Source: Lentisphaeria bacterium
GTDB taxonomy: Bacteria > Verrucomicrobiota > Lentisphaeria > JABSQK01 > JAWLHB01
Length of the DNA: 64,000 nucleotides
Reading direction: 5' to 3'
NCBI GenBank assembly: GCA_041690595.1
Contig: JAWLHB010000034.1
Coordinates: 1 to 64,000, forward strand
Shown here in pieces: positions 55,553 to 64,000 of the stretch (positions are counted from its first letter, which is position 1; every line of letters starts with the position of its first letter). The notes under the pieces are model-generated. The model was given only the letters and a program-made list of their open reading frames with translations, was not told the origin of the DNA and ran no database searches. The position numbers and the translations under genes were made by a program.

Positions 55553-55580
55553 TGGACTATTCGTACACGCATGGTATAGT
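55553..55580 (+). promoter_or_regulatory. Extended -10 promoter upstream of the FHA-cyclase gene
   Basis: TGGACT, 16-bp spacer, TGn-TATAGT. Confidence 0.45.
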
Positions 55581-55718
55581 AAAGGCAATCCGTTGGCGGT
55601 TGAGTTCTTCAGGCAGATGTCACGGCAGTACCGCCGTTGTGTAGTATGCAGAGTATGTAATCAATCAGTTTTGATATCCAGACACGCGCGGCGGGCAGAT
55701 ACCGTCGACTGAGATGCC

Positions 55719-56675
55719 ATGTCGGCTTTCCTTGAGATCACTATAGATGGCGCCCCTCAACGCGTCATTTGCGGCAATCTCGTCACGATGGGGCGGGATA
55801 TGGCCAGTACGCTGCAGGTGGTGGATCCGCTGGTCTCCCGGCTGCATGCACTGATCCGTTTCGTGGGCAAAGATTCGTATTACCTGCTCGATGCCGGCAG
55901 CCGCAATGGCAGCTTCATCAATCATGTGCGCGTTTCCACGCCAACGCTGCTGAAATCCGGCGATGTGATCACGGTGGGGGAGACGGAGGTGACCTTTATC
56001 CAGGTGAAGGGTGGGGATCCTCCCGAGGCTGCGCGAACGGCCATGAACCTGGGTGAGACGCTGAGTCACGTTCGGCTCGAAATCCAGCCGGTGACCATCC
56101 TGGTGGCGGATATCCGCGGCTTCACGACCCTATCCGAGCGTCTGCCCATTACGGTGCTCAGCAAGATGATGACGGGATGGTTCAGTAATGTCCAGAAGAG
56201 CATCGAGCAGAATCTTGGCCGGGTGGACAAATTCATTGGCGATTGCGTGATGGCGCTCTGGTACCATGGCCCGGAGGTGGAGCCGTCAGCCATTCGAGCC
56301 TGCCTCACCGCGGCTGGACAGATCCAGCAGTTGACGTGGGAACTCAAGGACTCCTACCCGGAGTTGCCGGAGCGGATGGAATTGGCGGTCGGGATCAATA
56401 CGGGCATGGCGGCAGTGGGTGTGGGCGCGGAGAACACGGCCATGGGCGATGCCGTCAATGTGGCATTTCGCCTGGAGGCAGCTTGCCGCACACTGGAAGC
56501 GCAGCTTCTGCTGAGCCAGAGTACCTATCAGTACCTGCCGCGTGCCGTATGGGAGGGACGGGAGACGGATATCCAGGTGCGCGGCAAGAGTCGCGCGGCC
56601 CGTGTCTGTTCCCTGCGTTTCGACGAGCTGCCCATGCTGCTCGACAAATCCGACTGGAAGAGTGTCGTCTCATGA
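55719..56675 (+). CDS. FHA domain-containing class III adenylate cyclase
   Basis: FHA motifs GR, VSRLHA and SRNG; cyclase motifs ADIRGFT, DKFIGD and TAMGDAVNVAFRLE. Confidence 0.9.
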   Translation: MSAFLEITIDGAPQRVICGNLVTMGRDMASTLQVVDPLVSRLHALIRFVGKDSYYLLDAGSRNGSFINHVRVSTPTLLKSGDVITVGETEVTFIQVKGGDPPEAARTAMNLGETLSHVRLEIQPVTILVADIRGFTTLSERLPITVLSKMMTGWFSNVQKSIEQNLGRVDKFIGDCVMALWYHGPEVEPSAIRACLTAAGQIQQLTWELKDSYPELPERMELAVGINTGMAAVGVGAENTAMGDAVNVAFRLEAACRTLEAQLLLSQSTYQYLPRAVWEGRETDIQVRGKSRAARVCSLRFDELPMLLDKSDWKSVVS

Positions 56676-57943
56676 AGCCCCGTCCACGTATCGTCCTGTA
56701 CCTGCCGTTCCTCCTGCTCCTCTTCATGGCCCGGGCAGCGACGGGTGCGGAGACTCCCGGCACCTGCGGCCGGTTGGAGGTCCGCCTGGCCGTGCATGGC
56801 ACGAAGGTGAAGCTGCAGCCTCTGGCCGACCAGTTGACGCTTCTGGACGGTGAGTCGCATCTGACCCGGTTGGTGCGGCAGCTGGGGGGTGATGAAGGCG
56901 CGGTTGAGCGCGACCTGCTGCCGGAGTTAGCGGAGACCAGTGGCGGAGTGCTGAGCTTTGTGGATGCGGCGAATGCCGTCATCGCGGTGGTCGATCAGGA
57001 TATGCTCGGCCGCCGGACGGCGAGCGCGGGCACCTGGCTGACGACACTCTTTCCCGGCAGCGCTCAGGAGGCGCAACAGCGATTCGGCATCAGGATCCAC
57101 AGCCTGCGGCAGCTCGATGTGCCGCTGGCGGAAGCAACGTTGAGCGGCGAGCGCATGGTGCTTCTGGTTCATGGGCTGGATGATCCTGGCGGGCTGTGGG
57201 GGCCGATGATTCGTGAACTGGTGCATCGGGATTATCTGGTGGGAGAATTCATCTACCCCAACGATCAGGCGATCGATCGTTCCAGCGAATTCCTGGCTGG
57301 GCAGCTGCTGATGCTGCACCGCTTCGGCATCCGGCGGGTGGATATCGTGGCCCACAGCATGGGCGGACTCGTCAGCCGCAACCTGCTCACCCACAAGCGA
57401 TTCTATGGCGGTGACGGCACTGGCAACAGGTTCTATCCAAGGATTGACCGTCTGATCACCATCGGCACGCCCAATCATGGCTCGAGGATGGCTCGCTTCC
57501 GCTTTGCCAGCGAGGCGGCTGAGCGAATGACCCGCTTCATGCGTGGCGAAAAGGTCCTCTTTGACGCTGCATCGGATGGCGCCGCCGAACGCGATCTGCT
57601 TCCTGGTAGCCATTTTCTGAAGGATCTGAATGCGCGCCCGTTGCCCAGCCATACCCGCCTGACCGTCATCGCCGGTCGGGCAAGCCCCATTGATTCGACT
57701 GCCTTTGACGGTCTGGCGGCTCTGGTTGCCCAGGACCAGGAAGCGTTCCGTGAGCAGATGATGGAGGCGATCGATGGTCTTGGCGACGGCTGTGTCACGC
57801 TCGCCTCCAGCAGGCTGGAGGGGGTCGACGATTATCACGTGGTCGACGCGGATCACTTGGGCATGATCATCTACAGAGAGCCTCGGCAGAGTGAACTGCC
57901 CCCTGCCTTGCCCATCGTCCTGAGAAAGCTGGCTGAGCAATGA
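56672..57943 (+). CDS. Secreted alpha/beta hydrolase (lipase/PGAP1-like)
   Basis: LVHGL, AHSMGG nucleophile elbow, GTPNHGS, GDGCV and H; ATGA overlap with the cyclase. Confidence 0.85.
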   Translation: MKPRPRIVLYLPFLLLLFMARAATGAETPGTCGRLEVRLAVHGTKVKLQPLADQLTLLDGESHLTRLVRQLGGDEGAVERDLLPELAETSGGVLSFVDAANAVIAVVDQDMLGRRTASAGTWLTTLFPGSAQEAQQRFGIRIHSLRQLDVPLAEATLSGERMVLLVHGLDDPGGLWGPMIRELVHRDYLVGEFIYPNDQAIDRSSEFLAGQLLMLHRFGIRRVDIVAHSMGGLVSRNLLTHKRFYGGDGTGNRFYPRIDRLITIGTPNHGSRMARFRFASEAAERMTRFMRGEKVLFDAASDGAAERDLLPGSHFLKDLNARPLPSHTRLTVIAGRASPIDSTAFDGLAALVAQDQEAFREQMMEAIDGLGDGCVTLASSRLEGVDDYHVVDADHLGMIIYREPRQSELPPALPIVLRKLAEQ

Positions 57944-57969
57944 ATAACCATGGTGCACGCATCGTCTAA

Positions 57970-58539
57970 ATGGACAAGAACGAACAACGCGAAAAGATCC
58001 GGCGTGCTCGTGAGGGTGATATGGAAGCCTTTGCGGAGGTCTTTGAAGATCTTCGCGCCAGTGTCTTCTCCGTCGCCTATCGCCTGGTTGGTCCGGATGA
58101 GGCAGATGATGTGGTCATGGAAACGTATTTGAAAGCCTGGCGGGCGATTCCGCGCTTCAACGAACGCTCTTCTCTGAAGACGTGGCTTTACCGCATTGCT
58201 CACAATTGCGGTGTCGACATGATCCGCGCACGTCGCCGCAACCCGGAAATGCTGATGCCAGAGGATCATGCCGACGAGCGGACAATCCAGGATTTGCCGG
58301 ACGACCGGACGGTCAGCGCGCCCGATCAGATCATTCGGCATGAGAACGCGGAGTTGGTGCAGCGCGCGGTGGCCAAGCTGGACGACAAGCACCGGGTGAC
58401 ACTCCTGCTCCGCTATGCGGACAACTTGAGCTACGCGGAGATCGCTGCCGCCACCGGCGTTTCACTGGGAACCGTCATGTCGCGGCTTTACAATGGTAAA
58501 CGAAAACTGAAAACCTTGATCAGTGACTGGAATGAATAA
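57970..58539 (+). CDS. ECF sigma factor
   Basis: GDMEAF, ADDVVMETY, TWLYRIAHN and SYAEIAAATGVSLGTVMSRL. Confidence 0.92.
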   Translation: MDKNEQREKIRRAREGDMEAFAEVFEDLRASVFSVAYRLVGPDEADDVVMETYLKAWRAIPRFNERSSLKTWLYRIAHNCGVDMIRARRRNPEMLMPEDHADERTIQDLPDDRTVSAPDQIIRHENAELVQRAVAKLDDKHRVTLLLRYADNLSYAEIAAATGVSLGTVMSRLYNGKRKLKTLISDWNE

Positions 58540-58933
58540 GACGATGAAAAAGCCGGATTGGCCGACAATCGAAGAGGAGCTTGGCCGGATGCGGCCGGAA
58601 GCGCCGCCAGTCGAGGCTGGGGAGTTCTGGCGGAGCTTTCAGGCGCGCGCGTCTACGTTGCCGCGCACGGAGGTAGTCGGCGACGTGCTCCAGATGCCGG
58701 TCTGGCATCCCTGGCGGTGGTCTGCGGCGGCGGCCGCGGCGGTTCTGCTGGTGGTTGGCGTATGGCTGATGCCGGAGCGCGACATCCAGCAACGTGCCGC
58801 GGTGGGGCTGGATCCGGTGCAATCTCTGCGCATCAGCGCGCCTTATAGTGCCGTCTTCATCTTGAACGATGCCGATAGCGACAGTACTATCATATGGATA
58901 GCCGACATGTCTCAACCATTGCCTTCCAAATAA
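58532..58933 (+). CDS. Probable membrane anti-sigma factor
   Basis: Overlaps the ECF stop; single TM (AAAAAAVLLVVGVWL); short C-terminal domain. Start 58532 or 58544. Confidence 0.65.
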   Translation: MNKTMKKPDWPTIEEELGRMRPEAPPVEAGEFWRSFQARASTLPRTEVVGDVLQMPVWHPWRWSAAAAAAVLLVVGVWLMPERDIQQRAAVGLDPVQSLRISAPYSAVFILNDADSDSTIIWIADMSQPLPSK

Positions 58934-58944
58934 GGGTTTATCCC

Positions 58945-59352
58945 ATGAAATTACTCATGCTGGCGGTCCTGCTGGTCTTTGTTGGCGGCTTGGTCTCGGC
59001 ATCCGCCGGCGATAAGTTGTCGCTTCGCCTGGTCGAAGCCAGCCAGGATGAGGTGGAGACGGATTCTCGGCTGGACGACATCAAGGAGCTGCTCACCAAG
59101 AACCTGCCGTTTCGCTCCTTCAAGTTGCTCGACTCCAAGTCGATGGCGGTTCCCGCCAACAATACCTTTACCATGAGCGGTGGCTATGAAGTGAGCTGCA
59201 AGGGGGCGCAGTCTGGACTCGAGGTACGGGTCGTACGGCGACGGGAAGAGCTGGTTCGTACGACCGTGACCCTGAAAGATCGTACGCCTCTGGTCATTGC
59301 CGGCTTCCCCAGCGACAGGGGACGGCTTCTGCTGGTTCTGCTGGCGCACTGA
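58945..59352 (+). CDS. Secreted hypothetical beta-rich protein
   Basis: Signal peptide MKLLMLAVLLVFVGGLVSASA; directly follows the anti-sigma gene. Confidence 0.7.
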   Translation: MKLLMLAVLLVFVGGLVSASAGDKLSLRLVEASQDEVETDSRLDDIKELLTKNLPFRSFKLLDSKSMAVPANNTFTMSGGYEVSCKGAQSGLEVRVVRRREELVRTTVTLKDRTPLVIAGFPSDRGRLLLVLLAH

Positions 59353-59421
59353 AGCTGGCTCGGACTGTGAACTTTTCAGGCCGCGGCGGTTCTAACTGAG
59401 CCTACTCAGGAGGTTTGTTCG

Positions 59422-59988
59422 ATGATGATGAAAGTTGGTTCTCTTTTTGTTGCGGGAGCGATGACGTTGCTGATCGGCGGATGTGGCTCGGAGGATGCCG
59501 CCGTCGACGGTACGCCAACCCGCGCCGCGATCACGCCGCCGCCGCCGCCACAAACGCTGCGTCTGGTCCATGAAGCGGAAGCGATGAGCGGACTGCAGGC
59601 ACCCATGATGGTCTCTGAAGAAGCAGGGACGAGCGGAGGCAACGTGGTCCGCATTCCTGCCGGCCTGGACAAGAATGCGCCGCTGACCGGTCGCTTCACG
59701 ATCCCTGTCGAGTTGGCGTCGGATCAGCAGGTGACGATTTGGATGCGGGTGCATTGGAGCGGTACATGCGCCAACAGCGTGACGCTGAAGGCGCCGGGAA
59801 TGCCGGAGATGATCGTCGGCGAAGATGGGACCTACGGCAGCTGGCACTGGGTCAAGGTGCCCAACATACTGCCACTCAAGCAGGGGACCGTCGAGCTGGT
59901 GGTTGGACAACGCGAAGAAGATATCGGCATCGATCAAATTCTGATTACCTCGGATGCGGACTATGTGCCGCAGGGTATCGAGGAGTAA
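59422..59988 (+). CDS. Lipoprotein with CBM-like jelly-roll domain
   Basis: Lipobox LIGGC, Pro-rich linker, EAE...WHWV...IDQILIT; AGGAGG RBS. Confidence 0.75.
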   Translation: MMMKVGSLFVAGAMTLLIGGCGSEDAAVDGTPTRAAITPPPPPQTLRLVHEAEAMSGLQAPMMVSEEAGTSGGNVVRIPAGLDKNAPLTGRFTIPVELASDQQVTIWMRVHWSGTCANSVTLKAPGMPEMIVGEDGTYGSWHWVKVPNILPLKQGTVELVVGQREEDIGIDQILITSDADYVPQGIEE

Positions 59989-60018
59989 CAAGGTAGCGGG
60001 ACGGGGGACCAGATCAAC

Positions 60019-60717
60019 GTGATTCCAACCAGTGAATGGTATACGTCGCTGTCGACTTACACCTTCCCAACCGTCTTTCTGCGTCTGGGTGATGAGCAGA
60101 TTGCCGCGTTGGTGGAGGCAAAGCAGGAGGGGCGGGAGGTCGATGCGGTTATCCGGCGGCTCAATCAGGCGCTGAAGCAGTTGCCCGGCAACTGCTTCGT
60201 GCATGCCGACGTCTGCGCGGCTACGGATTCGCCCACCTTCCAGCGCGGAGCTTCCGTAAAGACGGGGCGGCGTGCCTGGGACATGCTGACGGAAAGCGAG
60301 CGGGTACGCGCTGCGTTTCGGGAGGGCAAGACGGAGCGTCTGGGGCTGCACCCCTATCGGCGCATGGATCCGGTCAAGGAGTTCCGCATGTTTATCAAGG
60401 GGCGGGAGCTGAAGGGGGTCTCCCAGAAGCAACTGGACCGGCACTATCGCCGCCTCGAAGGGCGCAAAGTCTACATCTGGAACGAAACGCAGCGGCTGGC
60501 ATCGGAGATTGCGCCATGGTTGCCGGCGGACGATGTGACGGTGGACGTCTACCTGACCTCCGCGCCAAGTCTCATGCTTCTGGACATGTCGACGTGGGGA
60601 GAGCCTTCGGAGCCGTTACTTTTTCGGAAATGGGAGCGCGACTGGGATGCTGAGCCGGGGCTTCGGTTGATCCCGCCACCGATCCAGTTGAAGGGCGATG
60701 TCGAGGTGTCCTTCTGA
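60019..60717 (+). CDS. CDC123/D123-like (ATP-grasp, R2K clade) protein, degenerate
   Basis: SEWY..L..YTFPT, EFRMFIKGRELKGVSQ, VDVY and PLLFxKW match CDC123 family motifs. Confidence 0.7.
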   Translation: MIPTSEWYTSLSTYTFPTVFLRLGDEQIAALVEAKQEGREVDAVIRRLNQALKQLPGNCFVHADVCAATDSPTFQRGASVKTGRRAWDMLTESERVRAAFREGKTERLGLHPYRRMDPVKEFRMFIKGRELKGVSQKQLDRHYRRLEGRKVYIWNETQRLASEIAPWLPADDVTVDVYLTSAPSLMLLDMSTWGEPSEPLLFRKWERDWDAEPGLRLIPPPIQLKGDVEVSF

Positions 60718-60723
60718 TCCGGG

Positions 60724-62004
60724 TCAGCGCCAGGCTTTGCTGAAGAACCTCTGGCGCAGAGTCGCGGGAGCGGCCTGTACGGTCTCTCCGCGGAGGAAGC
60801 GGTCGAGATCGTCCCTGATCTCGACCATGGATGCATAGCGCTGGTCGGGTTGTTTGCGCAGCATATTCTCGAGGATGCGCTGGAGGGGTTCCGGGAAGTC
60901 CGGCTGTATGCGGGTTGGCGCCAGCGGCGGCGTGGAGACAATCTGGTGGGCGAGTTCGCCGATGCTTGGGCTGTAGAATGGTTTCTTGCCAAGCAGAAAC
61001 TCGTAGGCGAGTACGCCGAGAGAGAAGATATCGGCCTGCGGTGAGATGGTATTGCTGGTGAAGATCTCCGGGGCGATGTACTCGGGAGCACCGGCGATCT
61101 CCCCCGGCACGGTGAAGTCGGATCCGGGCAGTCTGGCAAAGGCGAATTCCAGCAGCCTGGCATTCCCCTGCCGATCCACCATGATATCCCGTGGGCTCAG
61201 GGTGCGCACACAGATCTCCTGCGCATGCAGCGCGACCAGCGCATCCACGATCTGTCGCAACAGCCGCACGGCGTCGACCAGCCCGGGTTGCTGCTGCTTG
61301 CGGTACTCCTTCAGTGTCACCCCATCGACGTATTCCATCACCAGATAGGGGACTTGCTGACCTTCGTCGGTGCCGAAATCATGGACGCGGACGACATGGG
61401 GATGATTGATCGAGGATGCAATAATGGCGTTGCGATGGAAGCGGCGGCGTTCGCGTTGACGTTCGGCAGGTGTTTCACTTCGTCCCCGCACCAGCTTCAT
61501 GGCATAGCGTTGGTTGTCCTTCATGACGAGAAAAAGATAGCCGTTGGCGGTTCGGGCGATGGTATCCAGAATCTGGTAGCCGGCAATCTGGCGGGCCTGT
61601 TGCCGGCTGCTCTGGTCATCATCTCTGCCTGCCGCGCCACGCTGCAGTGCGGCGCCGAGTTCGCGCAGGAGATCGCTGAACGCATACGGCCTGCCCAGAT
61701 AGCCCATGGCGCCGTTGCTCATGTAGGTGACGGCGCTCTGGGGCGTGGGATCGGGATCCAGTACAACAACCGGCAGGCGGTGTGGATTGCCGCTGAACTC
61801 GCGCACGAGATTGAGCGGTTCCATATCCGGCAGCGCGACGTCGAGCACCACCGCGATGGGCACGAGCTGCCCAAGGGTCGCGCGGGCGCTCATGCCACTC
61901 TCCACGCCATGGACGGAATGCCCCTGCATCTCCAGAAACTGAACGAGCAGTTCCCGCGTCTCCGCATTGGCATCGATCACCAGGATGACAGGATCATTCG
62001 GCAT
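60724..62004 (-). CDS. Receiver domain plus Ser/Thr kinase-fold protein (pseudokinase)
   Basis: REC (ILVID, VLDVALPD) followed by a kinase fold with YLVMEYV, YIAPE and DIFSLG, but VRTLSPRD and EFA in place of HRDLKPxN and DFG. Confidence 0.85.
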   Translation of the reverse strand: MPNDPVILVIDANAETRELLVQFLEMQGHSVHGVESGMSARATLGQLVPIAVVLDVALPDMEPLNLVREFSGNPHRLPVVVLDPDPTPQSAVTYMSNGAMGYLGRPYAFSDLLRELGAALQRGAAGRDDDQSSRQQARQIAGYQILDTIARTANGYLFLVMKDNQRYAMKLVRGRSETPAERQRERRRFHRNAIIASSINHPHVVRVHDFGTDEGQQVPYLVMEYVDGVTLKEYRKQQQPGLVDAVRLLRQIVDALVALHAQEICVRTLSPRDIMVDRQGNARLLEFAFARLPGSDFTVPGEIAGAPEYIAPEIFTSNTISPQADIFSLGVLAYEFLLGKKPFYSPSIGELAHQIVSTPPLAPTRIQPDFPEPLQRILENMLRKQPDQRYASMVEIRDDLDRFLRGETVQAAPATLRQRFFSKAWR

Positions 62005-62152
62005 ACGTCTCCTCCCCGGCCGGACTATACAGCCGGCGGCGTTGTCTGTCACCGGCCAACGATGAAAAAGCGCTGGTGCTGGCAATAGTATAAAGCCTGA
62101 TGTACTTTATGGCCTTTCCGTCAACCATGAATTTCCGAGGATCCCACTCACC

Positions 62153-62950
62153 ATGATCGAAGCCGGCAAAACTTATCTTGTCATGGGGCTCTTGAACCCC
62201 GAATCCATCGCTTATTCCATCGGCGAGTCGATACGTCGTGCTGGGGGGCGCGTCATTTACACAATGATGAGTGAGCGCATGAAGCGAATCTTTCTGGATC
62301 GGTCGAAGGATTTGACCGAGGAGCAGCGGCAGGTGCTGGACATCCGCTACTGCGATGTGACGAAAGAGGAGGAAGTGGCGGCGCTCTTCGCGGAGTTCGA
62401 CGAGATTGCCGGGGTGGTGCACTCGATTGCCTACTGCAATCCGAAAACCTGCCTGACGGACGAATTCCATACGGATGCCTATGACGACCTGAAGAACGGC
62501 TTCCACATCAGCGCGATCTCGCTGGCGACGGTGACGCGCCACGCGCAGCCGAAGATGAAGGAAGGTGGCGCCGTTGTCGCGCTGACCTTTGACTCGTCGC
62601 ATGCCTATCCGTTCTACAACTGGATGGGGGTGAATAAAGCGGCGCTGGAAGCAGTGGTGCGCGGTCTGGCGCGCCGGCATGGCTCCGATCTGGTGCGGGT
62701 CAATGCCGTTTCCTCGGGGCCGCTCGACACGACGGCCGCGGGCGCGATTGGCGGCTTCGGCGAATTGACCTCGACCTGGCAGCATCGCAGTCCCTTGCCG
62801 TGGGACAATGATGCGGACAAGCAGTCGGTGGCGGATGCCGTCATGTTCCTGGTGGGCCCGTACTCGCGCAAGATCACGGGGCAGACGCTGCACGTGGATG
62901 GCGGTGTCTCGATCACCGGCGGCGATCTTCTGCCGCACGAGCGCGTCTGA
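62153..62950 (+). CDS. fabI: Enoyl-ACP reductase (FabI/InhA-type SDR)
   Basis: MGLLNxxSIAY, CDV, HSIAY, YNWMGVNKAALE (Y-X6-K) and ITGQTLHVDGG. Confidence 0.85.
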   Translation: MIEAGKTYLVMGLLNPESIAYSIGESIRRAGGRVIYTMMSERMKRIFLDRSKDLTEEQRQVLDIRYCDVTKEEEVAALFAEFDEIAGVVHSIAYCNPKTCLTDEFHTDAYDDLKNGFHISAISLATVTRHAQPKMKEGGAVVALTFDSSHAYPFYNWMGVNKAALEAVVRGLARRHGSDLVRVNAVSSGPLDTTAAGAIGGFGELTSTWQHRSPLPWDNDADKQSVADAVMFLVGPYSRKITGQTLHVDGGVSITGGDLLPHERV

Positions 62951-62951
62951 A

Positions 62952-63710
62952 TCAGCGACGGCGAACGAGCCAGAGAGCGGCAATGAAAGCGCCGGTCAGG
63001 CATACGAGCAGGAAAAGGATGCTCATGGCGGCATGAGGTGGGGCAGAATGGCCGGCCAGGCTGCCCCGCATCAGCGCCAAGGCGTGGGAGAGTGGGTTGA
63101 TCTGCATGATCAGGCGAAGCCACATTGGCGCTCCAGTCATGGGGAAGGCGGCGCCGGAGAAGATCCACATGGGCAGCAGGAGAACACTCATCAGGCTGTG
63201 ATAGCCGTGCGTCGAACTCATGGGCCAGGCCATAAGGACCCCGAGGGTCGTCAGCAGAAAGCCGGTAATGAGCATCCACAGTAGCATCTGCAGCAGGCCG
63301 CCGAAGGTCAGGGAGAGCGAGAGCATCGGCAAGAGGAGGAGGAGCAGGAACAAGCTGCCCTGCAGCATGCCGAGGAGCGCGCCCCCGACGACTTTGCCGA
63401 GCACCACGGCGGCGCGTGGCGCGGGCGAAACCAGCACGCCTTGCATGAAGCCCGCGCGGCGGTCCTCGATGATCGAGAAGGTCGAGAAGATCGCGGTGAA
63501 CATGATCACCATGAGCAGGATGCCGGGAAAGAAGTATTCGATGTAGGAGTTTTCATTGCCGGCAGGCTGAAAGGAGGCATTGAGTCCGGTACCGATGAGC
63601 AGCCAGAAGAGGAGTGGCTGGAGGAGGACGCCGATGAGGCGGGCGCGGTCGCGATAGAAGTGGGTGATCTCGCGATGGACCAGGGTAAAGGAGGAGAGCA
63701 GCAGGTTCAT
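62952..63710 (-). CDS. ABC-2 type transporter permease
   Basis: Six TMs; YFFPG, EDRRxG..LVSP, GKVVGG, SGAAFP and NPLSH. Confidence 0.88.
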   Translation of the reverse strand: MNLLLSSFTLVHREITHFYRDRARLIGVLLQPLLFWLLIGTGLNASFQPAGNENSYIEYFFPGILLMVIMFTAIFSTFSIIEDRRAGFMQGVLVSPAPRAAVVLGKVVGGALLGMLQGSLFLLLLLLPMLSLSLTFGGLLQMLLWMLITGFLLTTLGVLMAWPMSSTHGYHSLMSVLLLPMWIFSGAAFPMTGAPMWLRLIMQINPLSHALALMRGSLAGHSAPPHAAMSILFLLVCLTGAFIAALWLVRRR

Positions 63711-64000
63711 GACGGGCTCCCTCCCGCGAAGGGCTTGCCGGTGTGGTGAATGTAGACATCCTCCAGAGTGGGGCGTCCGGCGGTGATGGTCTCGATGCAG
63801 GTGCCGTAGTGGGTCATGATGTCGGCCACCAGTTCAGGACCGCGTTCATCGCCAAAGCGGATGCAGTTGCCCTTTACGCCTGGCCGCAGATTGAGTCGCT
63901 CGCTCAGTTCCGCCGCCAACTTGTCGGCATGGCTGGCGGTAATGGTGACGATCTCGGTGCCCAGAGCGCTCTTGAGGGCCTTGGGCTCGCCGAAGGCGAC
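63707..64000 (-). CDS. C-terminal part of an ABC transporter ATP-binding protein (DrrA-like); partial at the window edge
   Basis: GEPKALK...PTLEDVYIHHTG; 4-bp overlap with the permease. Confidence 0.8.
   Translation of the reverse strand, partial: VAFGEPKALKSALGTEIVTITASHADKLAAELSERLNLRPGVKGNCIRFGDERGPELVADIMTHYGTCIETITAGRPTLEDVYIHHTGKPFAGGSPS

Overview
A GC-rich 64-kb bacterial chromosomal segment containing about 48 protein-coding genes. Gene content points to the PVC superphylum, most likely Lentisphaerae-like (inferred from a region-1.1-less RpoD-type sigma, an H-X9-DG-type prepilin, URO-D-like orphans, sulfatase/heparinase/GH genes and ExbBD-TPR). I recognised no rRNA, tRNA or CRISPR array. 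The left 3 kb is accessory: an MmeI-type restriction-modification gene truncated at an IS-like end, a mosaic of REP-like repeats, and a promoter-equipped orphan terminase-small-subunit-like HTH fused to frame-preserving tandem repeats. The rest mixes housekeeping genes (ilvC, aroF, rsgA, metG, queE, fucI, fabI, murC-like), polysaccharide genes and many signalling genes. The most notable observations are: (1) a full RpoD/SigA-family sigma-70 factor with a C-terminal RNA polymerase alpha-CTD domain, preceded by a UP-element-like promoter; (2) a GlmU-type nucleotidyltransferase fused to a plant-galacturonokinase-like GHMP kinase; (3) a degenerate CDC123/D123-like ATP-grasp protein at the end of an FHA-cyclase/ECF-sigma cluster, convergent with a receiver-pseudokinase fusion; (4) head-to-head paralogous Ser/Thr kinases; (5) a gene-orientation-independent GC-skew reversal within the window. 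All family calls come from motif recognition by eye, with no database searches.
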